Below, in pieces: positions 54,118-63,242 of a stretch of 64,000 bases of DNA. The stretch covers positions 59,120-123,119 of the forward strand of contig CAMBUO010000001.1 of NCBI GenBank assembly GCA_945871105.1, read 5' to 3'. Position numbers and translations under genes: made by a program. The stretch's first letter is position 1. Every line of letters starts with the position of its first letter. A model generated the notes under the pieces. The model was not told the DNA's origin. It did not search any database and saw only the letters and a program-made list of their open reading frames with translations. Source of the DNA: an uncultured Clostridia bacterium (GTDB lineage: Bacteria; Bacillota_I; Bacilli_A; RF39; UBA660).

Positions 54118-54606
54118 TTAAACTTTTTGGTTGGCTTTAATGTAGGCATCAAAATTCACATCCTTTAAGGCAGAAGTACTATTCTCATTCCAAGTAACAG
54201 TAATAGTTCCAGTTTTAGTAGTTCCAGCTAGTAAATCTCCACTAATATCACTACAAACAAAGGTAACATCCGAATCACTTTCCGAAGTTACCACTAAATT
54301 ATCTAAAGTTGCATCAATTGTTCCATTATTAGTAATAACATAAGTTATAGTATCACTTTCTCCTGGTAAAGCTAATTTAACCGAAAATGCTAAACTAATT
54401 CCATCATCTGAAATATTAACACTTTCTAATTCCGTCATATTCGTAATAGTAGCACTTTGAAATCGAATATCAAAGGTACCCGTTAAATTAACTATTCCAG
54501 TAACATATAAAGTTGAACTAAAATAAGCATAAGCTGTTCCTATAATAAGTAAAAAAGTAATAATCCAAATAACCATCATTATTCTTTTATAAATATTCTT
54601 TTTCAT
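54118..54606 (-). CDS. TasA/camelysin (peptidase M73) family secreted protein
   Basis: IIGTAYAYFSSTLYVTGIVNLTGTFDIRF matches the SipW-cognate signal and mature N-terminus of TasA/CalY (GGTFAYFSD…AGTLDL). It is paralogous to 56803-57336. Confidence 0.6.
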   Translation of the reverse strand: MKKNIYKRIMMVIWIITFLLIIGTAYAYFSSTLYVTGIVNLTGTFDIRFQSATITNMTELESVNISDDGISLAFSVKLALPGESDTITYVITNNGTIDATLDNLVVTSESDSDVTFVCSDISGDLLAGTTKTGTITVTWNENSTSALKDVNFDAYIKANQKV

Positions 54607-55622
54607 CGAGATTTCTCCAATTTAATTTCATATTTATAAAGATATTTATCTAAAATAACATAAAACAAAGCACTTTTTTTATTATCATAATATAAAATAG
54701 TTGTTAAATTATTATTAGCTAAAGTTAATAATTCTTTAAATTCTTTAATAATAATAACTTTATAATTTTTCTCAATTATTTTATCATGAATATTAACTAT
54801 ATAATCATCGTAGACTTTTATAATTTTTTTAATCTCTTTTTCTTCTTTACTTAGTTTAGATTTAAAAATTAAACGCATTAGAAGAATACCGAAAATAATT
54901 AATATACTTATTCCTAAACCTAAACCTATTAAATAAAAATAATTAATTTTTAAATCATCACTATAAAAATTTTTTAAAGTTTGATCATTATTAGTAATTT
55001 GAATACTATAAACTTCTTGTAATAAAGTAACATTTACATCTTGTAAATAAGTATCAATCATATTATTATTTTGATCATAAAGATCTACTTGTAAATAAAC
55101 TTTTAAATTACCAATTAAAGGAATTTTTAAATCTTGTTGTAAATCTTTTAAAATATTATTATATTCTTGAATATTTATCTTAGCTTTTTTATTTAATTGA
55201 ATTAAAGCTTGATAATCATTTGTTTCTTCCTCTAGTAAAACAAATTTTTTATTATAAATTTCATCACTTGCATTAGTTGATCTTTTATAATCACCAGTTA
55301 CATTAGCAACAATAGAATATTTTAATTTAATAGGTTTATTAGTACCTGTATAAACATAATAAAAATCAAATAGAATATCATCAGTATATTTCATAATATA
55401 ACTACTACTAGATCCAAATTCTTCTTTCGTAATAAAATCATTTTCTAACATATTAACTTGATAAGTTACTTTACTTATTTCTGAATAAGAACTTTCGTAT
55501 GCATTATATTTTCTATTTTCTAAATTAACATGTTTGAATATTAAAACAAAAGCAAAATATAGGAAAAACATATCAACAATAAATAAAAATAAAGATATTA
55601 TTTTTTTACTATTTGATTTCAT
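54603..55622 (-). CDS. Bitopic membrane protein of unknown function embedded in the sipW/tasA operon
   Basis: N-terminal TM, an extracytoplasmic domain of about 200 aa, a second TM and a charged C-terminal tail. It is translationally coupled on both sides. Confidence 0.35.
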   Translation of the reverse strand: MKSNSKKIISLFLFIVDMFFLYFAFVLIFKHVNLENRKYNAYESSYSEISKVTYQVNMLENDFITKEEFGSSSSYIMKYTDDILFDFYYVYTGTNKPIKLKYSIVANVTGDYKRSTNASDEIYNKKFVLLEEETNDYQALIQLNKKAKINIQEYNNILKDLQQDLKIPLIGNLKVYLQVDLYDQNNNMIDTYLQDVNVTLLQEVYSIQITNNDQTLKNFYSDDLKINYFYLIGLGLGISILIIFGILLMRLIFKSKLSKEEKEIKKIIKVYDDYIVNIHDKIIEKNYKVIIIKEFKELLTLANNNLTTILYYDNKKSALFYVILDKYLYKYEIKLEKSR

Positions 55623-55633
55623 TTTCTCAACTC

Positions 55634-56761
55634 CTAAAATTTTTCTGATAACCAGACTGTTGGATATCCTAAGTATTTAATGGTAAAAAGAGACTTTCCT
55701 ATAACCATATTTTCACTTATTTCTAATAAATCAACATCATTATTATTATCTCCTTTAGTAGTATAATAATGAATATTATTTTCTTCACGAACATTAACAA
55801 CGCGATGGACAAAAATAGTATTATTTAGTCCATAAAATTGAATAATATCGCCTACTTGATAAATTTGTTTTTTCTTATCAATTATTTCTAAATCACCTCT
55901 TGCAAAAGTTGGATTCATACTATTACTTGCAATTGCAACAGGATATATTCTAAATATTCCACAGGCAAAAAGAATAAAAAATGTCATAACACCAAGACCT
56001 AGATAATCAAAAATTGGTCTCGTTACTTTAATTTTTTTAACTTCTTTTTTAGCTAGTAAATCCATACTTTCAGTCAAAAAATAAGCTGTAAGTGGAACAC
56101 CAGTTTTAAGTAAAACTGGAATAATCCATTGAGGATTAGGTAAAACTTTCGATACTAATTGATAAATAGCAGGAAGTAACATGTAAATAATTCCTGGTAA
56201 TAAATTTCCTTTTATATATGTATATGATAAATATAATCCTATAACAAAATTAGGTACTATTTGAATATAAAACATTTCTAAAAAAGAACTAAATGTTTTA
56301 AATGCAGAAATTGCTATATTAGACATAGCAAGAGATAAGATAATACTTAAAATAATAGTATAAGAGAATCTTTTTTCTTTGTCTAGATAATTAATTAATC
56401 GATAACGAATAAATTCGATTGCTATAATATTAGGTAAATAATATAATATGTTAAAAAAAATGTGTGATCCTTGCATAACTAAAGGATTATAAGCAAATCC
56501 AAAGATAATTCCTGATAAAATATATAAAATTAAATAAAGAATACTTGCCATAATCGTTACTTGATTCACATATTTTTTCATTCTTTTAATTTGTATTTTT
56601 TTCTCTGTAAATAGATAAATTAAAACAGCTAAGGTCATAAAAAGAAATGGTTTTAAGCAAAAATAGAAACTTTCTCCTATTAAAAAGCCCAAAATATTAG
56701 TAACAATTAATACAAAAAAAAGGCCTAAGAATAAAGTTATGACTTTTTTATTTTTATTCAT
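55634..56761 (-). CDS. sipW: SipW-type (ER/archaeal-type) signal peptidase I fused to an N-terminal ~230-aa polytopic membrane domain
   Basis: The C-terminal about 140 aa carry SNSMNPTF (the S26B catalytic Ser box, compare SGSMEP), GD…, FVHRVV (catalytic His) and TKGDNN. The N-terminal half has six or seven predicted TM helices. Confidence 0.65.
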   Translation of the reverse strand: MNKNKKVITLFLGLFFVLIVTNILGFLIGESFYFCLKPFLFMTLAVLIYLFTEKKIQIKRMKKYVNQVTIMASILYLILYILSGIIFGFAYNPLVMQGSHIFFNILYYLPNIIAIEFIRYRLINYLDKEKRFSYTIILSIILSLAMSNIAISAFKTFSSFLEMFYIQIVPNFVIGLYLSYTYIKGNLLPGIIYMLLPAIYQLVSKVLPNPQWIIPVLLKTGVPLTAYFLTESMDLLAKKEVKKIKVTRPIFDYLGLGVMTFFILFACGIFRIYPVAIASNSMNPTFARGDLEIIDKKKQIYQVGDIIQFYGLNNTIFVHRVVNVREENNIHYYTTKGDNNNDVDLLEISENMVIGKSLFTIKYLGYPTVWLSEKF

Positions 56762-56765
56762 ATAT

Positions 56766-56799
56766 GGTAATTACGAGGAAAAAAATCCTCGTAATTACC
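56766..56799 (-). promoter_or_regulatory. Intercistronic stem-loop (13-bp perfect inverted repeat) between the tasA-like gene and the sipW fusion
   Basis: GGTAATTACGAGG-aaaaaaat-CCTCGTAATTACC, unusually GC-rich for this genome. No T-run follows on the transcribed strand. Confidence 0.5.
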
Positions 56800-56802
56800 T
56801 TT

Positions 56803-57336
56803 CTATTGTGCTTGATTAGCATTAATTGTTACAGTAAAATATCTAGTTTTATTTACAGGTGCACTATTTGTATCATTCCATTTAACCGTTATACTTCCAG
56901 TTGCTGTTTCATCTTTATTTAATGTTGTTGGACTAACAGGACCGGCATTAATTGTAAAATCAGTATCTGAACATTCTACAACTGTAGCTTTACCAGAATC
57001 AGAATAACAAGTAACACTTGGTGTTGATAAAGTAGCACCAATTGTTCCTAAATTGCTAATAGTGTAACTAATAACACTTTGACTTCCTGGTTCTTGTAAA
57101 TCAGTTGAAACATCAAAGCTTAAAACACCTTCGCTAGCAATCGTTGGAACAGTTGTCGTTGCTTTTGTATCAGTTTTACTAGCAGCCGTGAATTTAACAT
57201 TAAAATCACCAGATAAAGTTGCTGTTCCATTAATCGTTAAAATAGAACTAAAAGCAGCAAAGCTTACTCCAACCGCTAATATTCCGATAATTGCACCCAT
57301 CATTATACTCTTTCCATTTGCACTTTTCATTTTCAT
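56803..57336 (-). CDS. TasA/camelysin (peptidase M73) family secreted protein, first gene of the operon
   Basis: …AVGVSFAAFSSILTINGTATLSGDFNVKF. It is collinear with 54118-54606 throughout. Strong RBS AAGGAGGAT. Confidence 0.6.
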   Translation of the reverse strand: MKMKSANGKSIMMGAIIGILAVGVSFAAFSSILTINGTATLSGDFNVKFTAASKTDTKATTTVPTIASEGVLSFDVSTDLQEPGSQSVISYTISNLGTIGATLSTPSVTCYSDSGKATVVECSDTDFTINAGPVSPTTLNKDETATGSITVKWNDTNSAPVNKTRYFTVTINANQAQ

Positions 57337-57587
57337 ATCCTCCTTATCTATTTACAATAAGAAATTATACAGTTTATTGAGCTTAAAGTCAATAAAATTC
57401 ATAATATTATTTTATATATGTAAACTATATCCCTCCTTTAAGTTTATTATATAGCTTTTAGTATGTTGTATTTTGTCGATTTATTAAAGAAAATAATAAT
57501 TCCTTAAATTTTATATTAAATTGTTTTCTATTTATAATAAAAAGTAATTCTAGAAATTGCATCTAAAATTACTTATAATTTTATTTT

Positions 57588-59060
57588 TTATTTTTCTTCA
57601 GGACGCATTAAAGGGAATAAGATATTATCTTTAATGTTATCAACACCGGTTAATACTTGAAGGACACGATCAATTCCCATACCCCAACCAGAAATTGGTG
57701 GCATACCATATTCCATAGCATTTATATAATCATAATCCATCATCATAGCTTCTGTATCGCCATTGGCTTTAAGTTCAGCTTGATGTAATAATCTTGCTTC
57801 TTGATCCATTGGATCAACAAGTTCTGAGTAAGCATTGATAATTTCTGCTCCATTGATAACTAATTGGAATCTATCGGTTAAAGTTTTATCTTCATCATTA
57901 GCTCTAGCAAGTGGTGATAACTCAATTGGATGTTCTATTAAGAAAGTTGGTTCAATTAAAGAAGGTCTAGCAACTTTTTTGTATAAAGCATCAACTAAAT
58001 TACCAAAGCCAAGCGTTTCAATGTCATCTTCCGTTTCAAAACTAATTTTTTTATTTTTAATTTCAGCTAATAAACTTTCTTTGGTGTTAAATTTTTTAAT
58101 ATCAATATCAGCATATTTTAAAATTAAATCTCTAAATGAAACTGTTTCCCATTTCTTCGATAAATCAATTACTTGATCATTAATAGTTACTTGTAAAGTA
58201 CCAAATACTTTTTGAATAACCGTTTTTAACATATTTTCAAGTAAAATCATATTATCTTTATAATTATAATAAGCAGCATAACATTCTAACATCGTAAAAT
58301 CTTGTAAATGAGTTGCATCAATTCCTTCATTTCTAAAGCATCTTGCAAATTCAAAAACTTTAGTAAATCCTCCAACAACTGCTCTTTTTAAATAAGTTTC
58401 TGGAGCTATTCTTAAATATACATCAATATCTAAGGCATTGTGATGAGCCGTAAAAGGTCTAGCACTAGCACCACTAGCTTTATTGGATAAAACCGGTGTT
58501 TCTATTTCAATATAACCATCATCTTCTAAAAATCTTCTTATTTCTTTGATAAATTCATATTTTAATAAAAATCTCTTTCTGGTACTTTCATTCATGATTA
58601 AATCAAGATAACGATTACGATAACAAATCTCAGGATCAGTTACACCATGAAATTTCTCAGGAAGTGGTTTTAAAGCTTTACCTAAAAAAGTAAAATCATC
58701 AGCTCTTAAAGTTTTTTCACCTGTTTGGGTTGTAAATATTTCCCCAACAACACCAATGAAGTCTCCTAAATCAATCATCGTTTTAAAGAATTTATATTTT
58801 TCTTCACCAACTAAATCTATTTTAATAGATACTTGTAAATCACCTTCAATATCTCTTAACTTTAAAAAACTAAGTTTTCCCATCTTACGCATGAAAACAA
58901 TTCGTCCAGCTACTCTTACATCTTTAATTCCATCTTCTAAGGTACTAGCTTCTTTTAAAGTATAATTAGTTTCATATCTTTCAGGATAAGGATTACAAAA
59001 TTCTTTTATTTCTTCTACCTTATTTCTTCTTACTAATTCTTGTTCTGTAAATTCTCTCAT
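57588..59060 (-). CDS. lysS: Lysine--tRNA ligase (class II)
   Basis: OB-fold anticodon-binding N-terminus and class II motifs (…FRNEGIDATHLQDFTMLE…, GMGIDRV). TTGACA-17-TATGAT promoter and GGAGG RBS lie upstream. Start taken at MREFTEQ. Confidence 0.95.
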   Translation of the reverse strand: MREFTEQELVRRNKVEEIKEFCNPYPERYETNYTLKEASTLEDGIKDVRVAGRIVFMRKMGKLSFLKLRDIEGDLQVSIKIDLVGEEKYKFFKTMIDLGDFIGVVGEIFTTQTGEKTLRADDFTFLGKALKPLPEKFHGVTDPEICYRNRYLDLIMNESTRKRFLLKYEFIKEIRRFLEDDGYIEIETPVLSNKASGASARPFTAHHNALDIDVYLRIAPETYLKRAVVGGFTKVFEFARCFRNEGIDATHLQDFTMLECYAAYYNYKDNMILLENMLKTVIQKVFGTLQVTINDQVIDLSKKWETVSFRDLILKYADIDIKKFNTKESLLAEIKNKKISFETEDDIETLGFGNLVDALYKKVARPSLIEPTFLIEHPIELSPLARANDEDKTLTDRFQLVINGAEIINAYSELVDPMDQEARLLHQAELKANGDTEAMMMDYDYINAMEYGMPPISGWGMGIDRVLQVLTGVDNIKDNILFPLMRPEEK

Positions 59061-59149
59061 ACATACCTCCACTTGATTTAAATCATAGCATTATTTAAAA
59101 ATAATGTCAATTTATATTCCCAAAATTTAATTATTTTGTTATTATTATA

Positions 59150-59659
59150 ATGGGTGATAAAAAAATGAATAATATCGTTGATAGTGTTATCGAAATTCCT
59201 CTTGGAACAAAAAACAAATATGAAATTGATAAAGAAAAAGGAAAAATTCGTTTATCAAGAGTTCAATATTCATCGATGACTTATCCTAGTGAATATGGCT
59301 TTATTGATGATACTCTTGCTACTGATGGTGATCCTGTTGATATTTTAGTTATTACTAGCGAAGCAAGTTTTCCTGGTTGTATTATTGAAGCTAAAGTATT
59401 AGGTTATTTAGATACCATTGATAATGGTTATGGTGATCCTAAAATAATAGCCGTTAATAATGTTGATCCAAGATGTAATTTCTATAATTCTTTAGAAGAA
59501 TTACCACCACATTCTTTATTAGAAATTAAAAACTTTTTTGAAAACTATAAGTTATTACAGCATATTGAAGTTAAAGTTTTTGATTATCATGGAATCGAAG
59601 ATGCTATGCAAATAATTGAAGATGGTAAACGACGTTTTAAAGAAAAAAATGGTAAATAA
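59150..59659 (+). CDS. ppa: Inorganic pyrophosphatase (family I)
   Basis: YPSEYGFIDDTLATDGDPVDILVI and the other PPase motifs. Probable true start is ATG 59165. Confidence 0.9.
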   Translation: MGDKKMNNIVDSVIEIPLGTKNKYEIDKEKGKIRLSRVQYSSMTYPSEYGFIDDTLATDGDPVDILVITSEASFPGCIIEAKVLGYLDTIDNGYGDPKIIAVNNVDPRCNFYNSLEELPPHSLLEIKNFFENYKLLQHIEVKVFDYHGIEDAMQIIEDGKRRFKEKNGK

Positions 59660-59690
59660 CTTGAAACTACTGAAATAGTAGTTTTTTCTT
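59655..59690. terminator. Bidirectional intrinsic terminator
   Basis: AAACTACT-GAAAT-AGTAGTTT followed by TTTTTC. Confidence 0.6.
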
Positions 59691-59769
59691 TACATTATAA
59701 TAAATAAAAAAACTAAGATTTTTAAATTTTAAAATATTCTTAGTTTTTTTTAGTAACATCAATAACTTT

Positions 59770-60246
59770 CTATAATTCTATTTTTAAATGTTCTTTAAAT
59801 AATTTAACAAATTCTTCTTTAATAAGTTCTTTATTAAAAACTCTTTCTTGGTTTAAAACTTTAATGGTTTTAGTATAATATTTATTATTGTCTTTATCAT
59901 ATAAACTAAGATAAACCGTTTGGTTATCTCCAGTTAAGTTAGCCGGATCATAACGATTAATTTTTCCGGTTACCCCTACTCCATAGTTAGAATTAGTAAA
60001 ATTAGTTATTTGTTTACTCATTTCTTTTGCTGTTTCAATACTATAAACAGTATATTTTTCGATAATATCTTTATTAACTCCCATTTTAATTTTAAATTCA
60101 TTACTATAAGTAACAGCTCCAAATTTAAAAACTAAACTAGATCCATCGATATTGGTAATACTACTAGCTAAATAACCACCCGTTGCTGATTCCATCGTAC
60201 TAATAGTTAAATTATTCTTTGTTAAATAATCAATTATTTCCTTCAT
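59770..60246 (-). CDS. CinA C-terminal domain protein (nicotinamide-nucleotide amidohydrolase PncC-like)
   Basis: LTISTMESATGGYLASSITNIDGSS is the hallmark of CinA_C. Confidence 0.8.
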   Translation of the reverse strand: MKEIIDYLTKNNLTISTMESATGGYLASSITNIDGSSLVFKFGAVTYSNEFKIKMGVNKDIIEKYTVYSIETAKEMSKQITNFTNSNYGVGVTGKINRYDPANLTGDNQTVYLSLYDKDNNKYYTKTIKVLNQERVFNKELIKEEFVKLFKEHLKIEL

Positions 60247-60665
60247 TAATCCTTCTTTCCTAAACTTTTTACTTTAACTTTATCATCTTTGATATTCATT
60301 ATATTTTGATAATTAATCATTTGAAATATTTGAAACAAACGTAAAGTTCTAACTTTCTTATTCATTATTTCTTCTTTAGTTAAATACTCTTTTGGTAATG
60401 GTTCAAGAACTTCAAACATATCAGGAATCAAACTATCTTTTTGAATATTTTCTCTTATTGATAAATCTTCTCCTGTTAAACATTCTGTATATATTTCTAT
60501 TTGAATATTTGAATTATTTTCTAAAGAAAACTTTTCTAATAAATAATAGAAATTAGGATTAAAATACTCTGTATATTCTCCATTTATATTAATTTTATAA
60601 TCTTCCTTTATCTTAGCAATATATAAATCGTTTATATTAAATGTATTATCTGTAACTTTACTCAT
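60246..60665 (-). CDS. Hypothetical protein
   Basis: 139 aa with a 1-nt overlap with the downstream CinA_C gene. Confidence 0.3.
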   Translation of the reverse strand: MSKVTDNTFNINDLYIAKIKEDYKININGEYTEYFNPNFYYLLEKFSLENNSNIQIEIYTECLTGEDLSIRENIQKDSLIPDMFEVLEPLPKEYLTKEEIMNKKVRTLRLFQIFQMINYQNIMNIKDDKVKVKSLGKKD

Positions 60666-60745
60666 AACTATCCTCTTTCAATAAATAATTATAACGAAAA
60701 TTAGAAAAGAAATCTACTATCTTTGTAAAATAAATGTATAGTTAA

Positions 60746-61243
60746 TTATTCTCGATTAACCTTTTTTATAAATAAATAATATATTAATAATCCATCTATA
60801 AAAAGATCATATATTCTTAATCGATCGAATAAGATTATACTTGATAATATGGAAACAGTAATTATACCAATTCTTATTATGATAGGAAATATGCCTTTTT
60901 CTTTAGAAATCCAGGTAAAATAAGCCAATATAGGAGAACAAAAGGCAAAAATACTCCAACCAATAATCATAGTTTTACTATAAACTCCTTTCGTAATTAT
61001 AGCCATTAGATAATAAGTTATTAACATACTTATACAAAAGAGAAAAATATTTAGCATAGCTTTCTTTTTTGTTTTGCTATAAATAGAGATTAAAACACCA
61101 AAAAGAATCCATATAGCCATCTGGGAAAAAATATTACCTAAGTTTTGAGTAAAAATATCCAATAATCGACTAACAATACCTAATATTAGGCCAATTATAA
61201 ATATCGTGATAGGATTTAAAATTTTATCTTTCAGAATAATCAC
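60746..61243 (-). CDS. Hypothetical 4-TM membrane protein
   Basis: Hydrophobicity pattern only. Confidence 0.3.
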   Translation of the reverse strand: MIILKDKILNPITIFIIGLILGIVSRLLDIFTQNLGNIFSQMAIWILFGVLISIYSKTKKKAMLNIFLFCISMLITYYLMAIITKGVYSKTMIIGWSIFAFCSPILAYFTWISKEKGIFPIIIRIGIITVSILSSIILFDRLRIYDLFIDGLLIYYLFIKKVNRE

Positions 61244-61282
61244 TCCTTTTTTAAGAAAATAAAGTAAGAATATCTTACTTTA

Positions 61283-61771
61283 TTAAGAAAAACTAACTGT
61301 TTTAGCCCATTTTAAGAAAATATCTTCATATTTATCTTTATTGCTATCTTCACAAGCAAAATTTAATAACCAGAAACTATCATCAGCTTTGTAAACAACA
61401 GCTGTATAAAAGAAATTTTTACCACTAACAGAAGTAGTATAAGTAAAATAGGTTAAGCCATCTTTTTCTTTTAATTCTTCATTTTTTTGATTATTAGCAA
61501 GAACAGCTTGACCATAATCTTTAAGTGTTGAATTTTTACCTAAATTAATTGCTTCTAAAGTGGTAAAATCTTCTTTTAAAGCAGTTACAATAGTTTCTTG
61601 ACTTTCAAAGTAAACAGTTACAGAAGCTAAACTTTTTTCATAAAAACCATCTGGCATAGTAATTGACATTCCATGACTAGTATAGGTTTTATCACTTGTA
61701 TCAGTTAAGCAACCTGTTCCCAGTAAACATAAAGCTACTACTAAAAAAATAGTTAAAATACTTTTTTTCAT
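61283..61771 (-). CDS. Lipoprotein of unknown function
   Basis: Signal peptide with lipobox LGTGC. Confidence 0.4.
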   Translation of the reverse strand: MKKSILTIFLVVALCLLGTGCLTDTSDKTYTSHGMSITMPDGFYEKSLASVTVYFESQETIVTALKEDFTTLEAINLGKNSTLKDYGQAVLANNQKNEELKEKDGLTYFTYTTSVSGKNFFYTAVVYKADDSFWLLNFACEDSNKDKYEDIFLKWAKTVSFS

Positions 61772-61834
61772 TTTTATCTCCTCCTAATATAAGGATATCA
61801 TATTTTAAAAAAATGTAAAGAAGATAGAAAAAAT

Positions 61835-62338
61835 TTAACTATCTTCTCTATCTTCTTCCAAAGCTTCTTTTTTAGTTTTATGAATTGTTTTTGGTTTATG
61901 TTTAATAGGGGCATATATTGAATATAATTTTAAAGGCCTATTACCAACATTTATAATATTATGATAAGTATTACTTGGTACTATAACAGCATATCCTTCT
62001 TTAACTCGTCTTTGATAAGTTAAATTATTTCTATTTTTTCCCATTTGAACAATAGCATCACCTGATACTACTTTTAAAAACTGATCGTTATTAGGATGGA
62101 TTTCTAAACCTATTGTTCCTTTAATAGGAATACTCATTAAAGTTACTTGTAAGTATCTTCCTGTCCAAATCGTCGTTCGAAAATTATTATTAAATCTTGT
62201 ATATTCATCTATATTAAAAACAAAAGGTTGAAAATCATTATTACTCATTAAATTATTATAATTAAAGCGATTATCAAAAACTATATTGTCTTGATAAAGA
62301 AAATTATCATAATTTCTATCTGAATATTGATTGTACAT
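61835..62338 (-). CDS. Cupin-domain protein with N/Y-rich N-terminal region
   Basis: …GTIGLEIHPNNDQFLKVVSGDAIVQMG…VIVPSNTYHNIINVG is a two-motif cupin. Confidence 0.5.
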   Translation of the reverse strand: MYNQYSDRNYDNFLYQDNIVFDNRFNYNNLMSNNDFQPFVFNIDEYTRFNNNFRTTIWTGRYLQVTLMSIPIKGTIGLEIHPNNDQFLKVVSGDAIVQMGKNRNNLTYQRRVKEGYAVIVPSNTYHNIINVGNRPLKLYSIYAPIKHKPKTIHKTKKEALEEDREDS

Positions 62339-62387
62339 AAAAACTTCCTTTCAGTTTAATATATGATAGGAAGTTTTATTTGTTCTA

Positions 62388-63188
62388 TTATTCACTAGTA
62401 GTAATAGAAGTTAACCCAATTCCACCTTCAATTAAAAGATAATTATTACCTGTTCCAACAACACTTTTATCTTTTAAAGATTCATTATTTAGTTTAATTG
62501 AACCCACACCTTTATCAATCGTTAATTCATAATCATTTATAGATCCTATTAAATTAAGTTCTAATTTTCCAATATCAGTTTCAATGTTACTATTACCTAT
62601 AATTTTAGCATTTAAAATAGTATCACCTAAACCAGTATCTAAATTTAAATTACTTAAATTTCCATTATTTAAAAGAAATTTTCCGGATCCACAATCAATC
62701 TTTGTTTTATCTGTAACTAATAGATTATTAATTTTTGTCGTTCCACTACCTAAATCAAGATTTAATCTTTTTGTTTCTAATTTATCTATTTTAATTGAAC
62801 CAGAACTAATATCAATTTCGACAATATCCAAAAGAAAATTATCAGGAACCGTGATGATTACTTTATTATTATCTTTTGATAAAAGTGAATGTTTCTTTTC
62901 TTGAATTACAATGTTATTATCGTTTTGATAAGTAGTAACATATTTATTAGTAGTTGAAACTAATAATTTATCCCCTAATTTAATTTCTAAATTAGCTGTT
63001 TTTAAATCAATATCTAAAGATGACATCAAAGAATCATATTGAATCTGATTTTCTATCTGATTACTTTGAAATAAATCAAAAACAGTAATACATAAAGCAT
63101 AAATACCCCCTAGCATACTAATAATGACAATAGCTGCTAGAATAAAAGCAAAAGTTTTAATAATACGATTATTTTTATTTTTTGGCAT
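62388..63188 (-). CDS. DUF4097/LiaG-like putative adhesin-fold membrane-anchored protein
   Basis: N-terminal TM followed by repeated beta-strand modules (…IDISSGSIKIDKLETKRLNLDLGSGTTKIN…IDCGSGKFLL…). Confidence 0.45.
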   Translation of the reverse strand: MPKNKNNRIIKTFAFILAAIVIISMLGGIYALCITVFDLFQSNQIENQIQYDSLMSSLDIDLKTANLEIKLGDKLLVSTTNKYVTTYQNDNNIVIQEKKHSLLSKDNNKVIITVPDNFLLDIVEIDISSGSIKIDKLETKRLNLDLGSGTTKINNLLVTDKTKIDCGSGKFLLNNGNLSNLNLDTGLGDTILNAKIIGNSNIETDIGKLELNLIGSINDYELTIDKGVGSIKLNNESLKDKSVVGTGNNYLLIEGGIGLTSITTSE

Positions 63189-63242
63189 ATAATCAACTCC
63201 TATTTATAGTTTATACCAAATTTTAAAATAGGTAAATATTTT

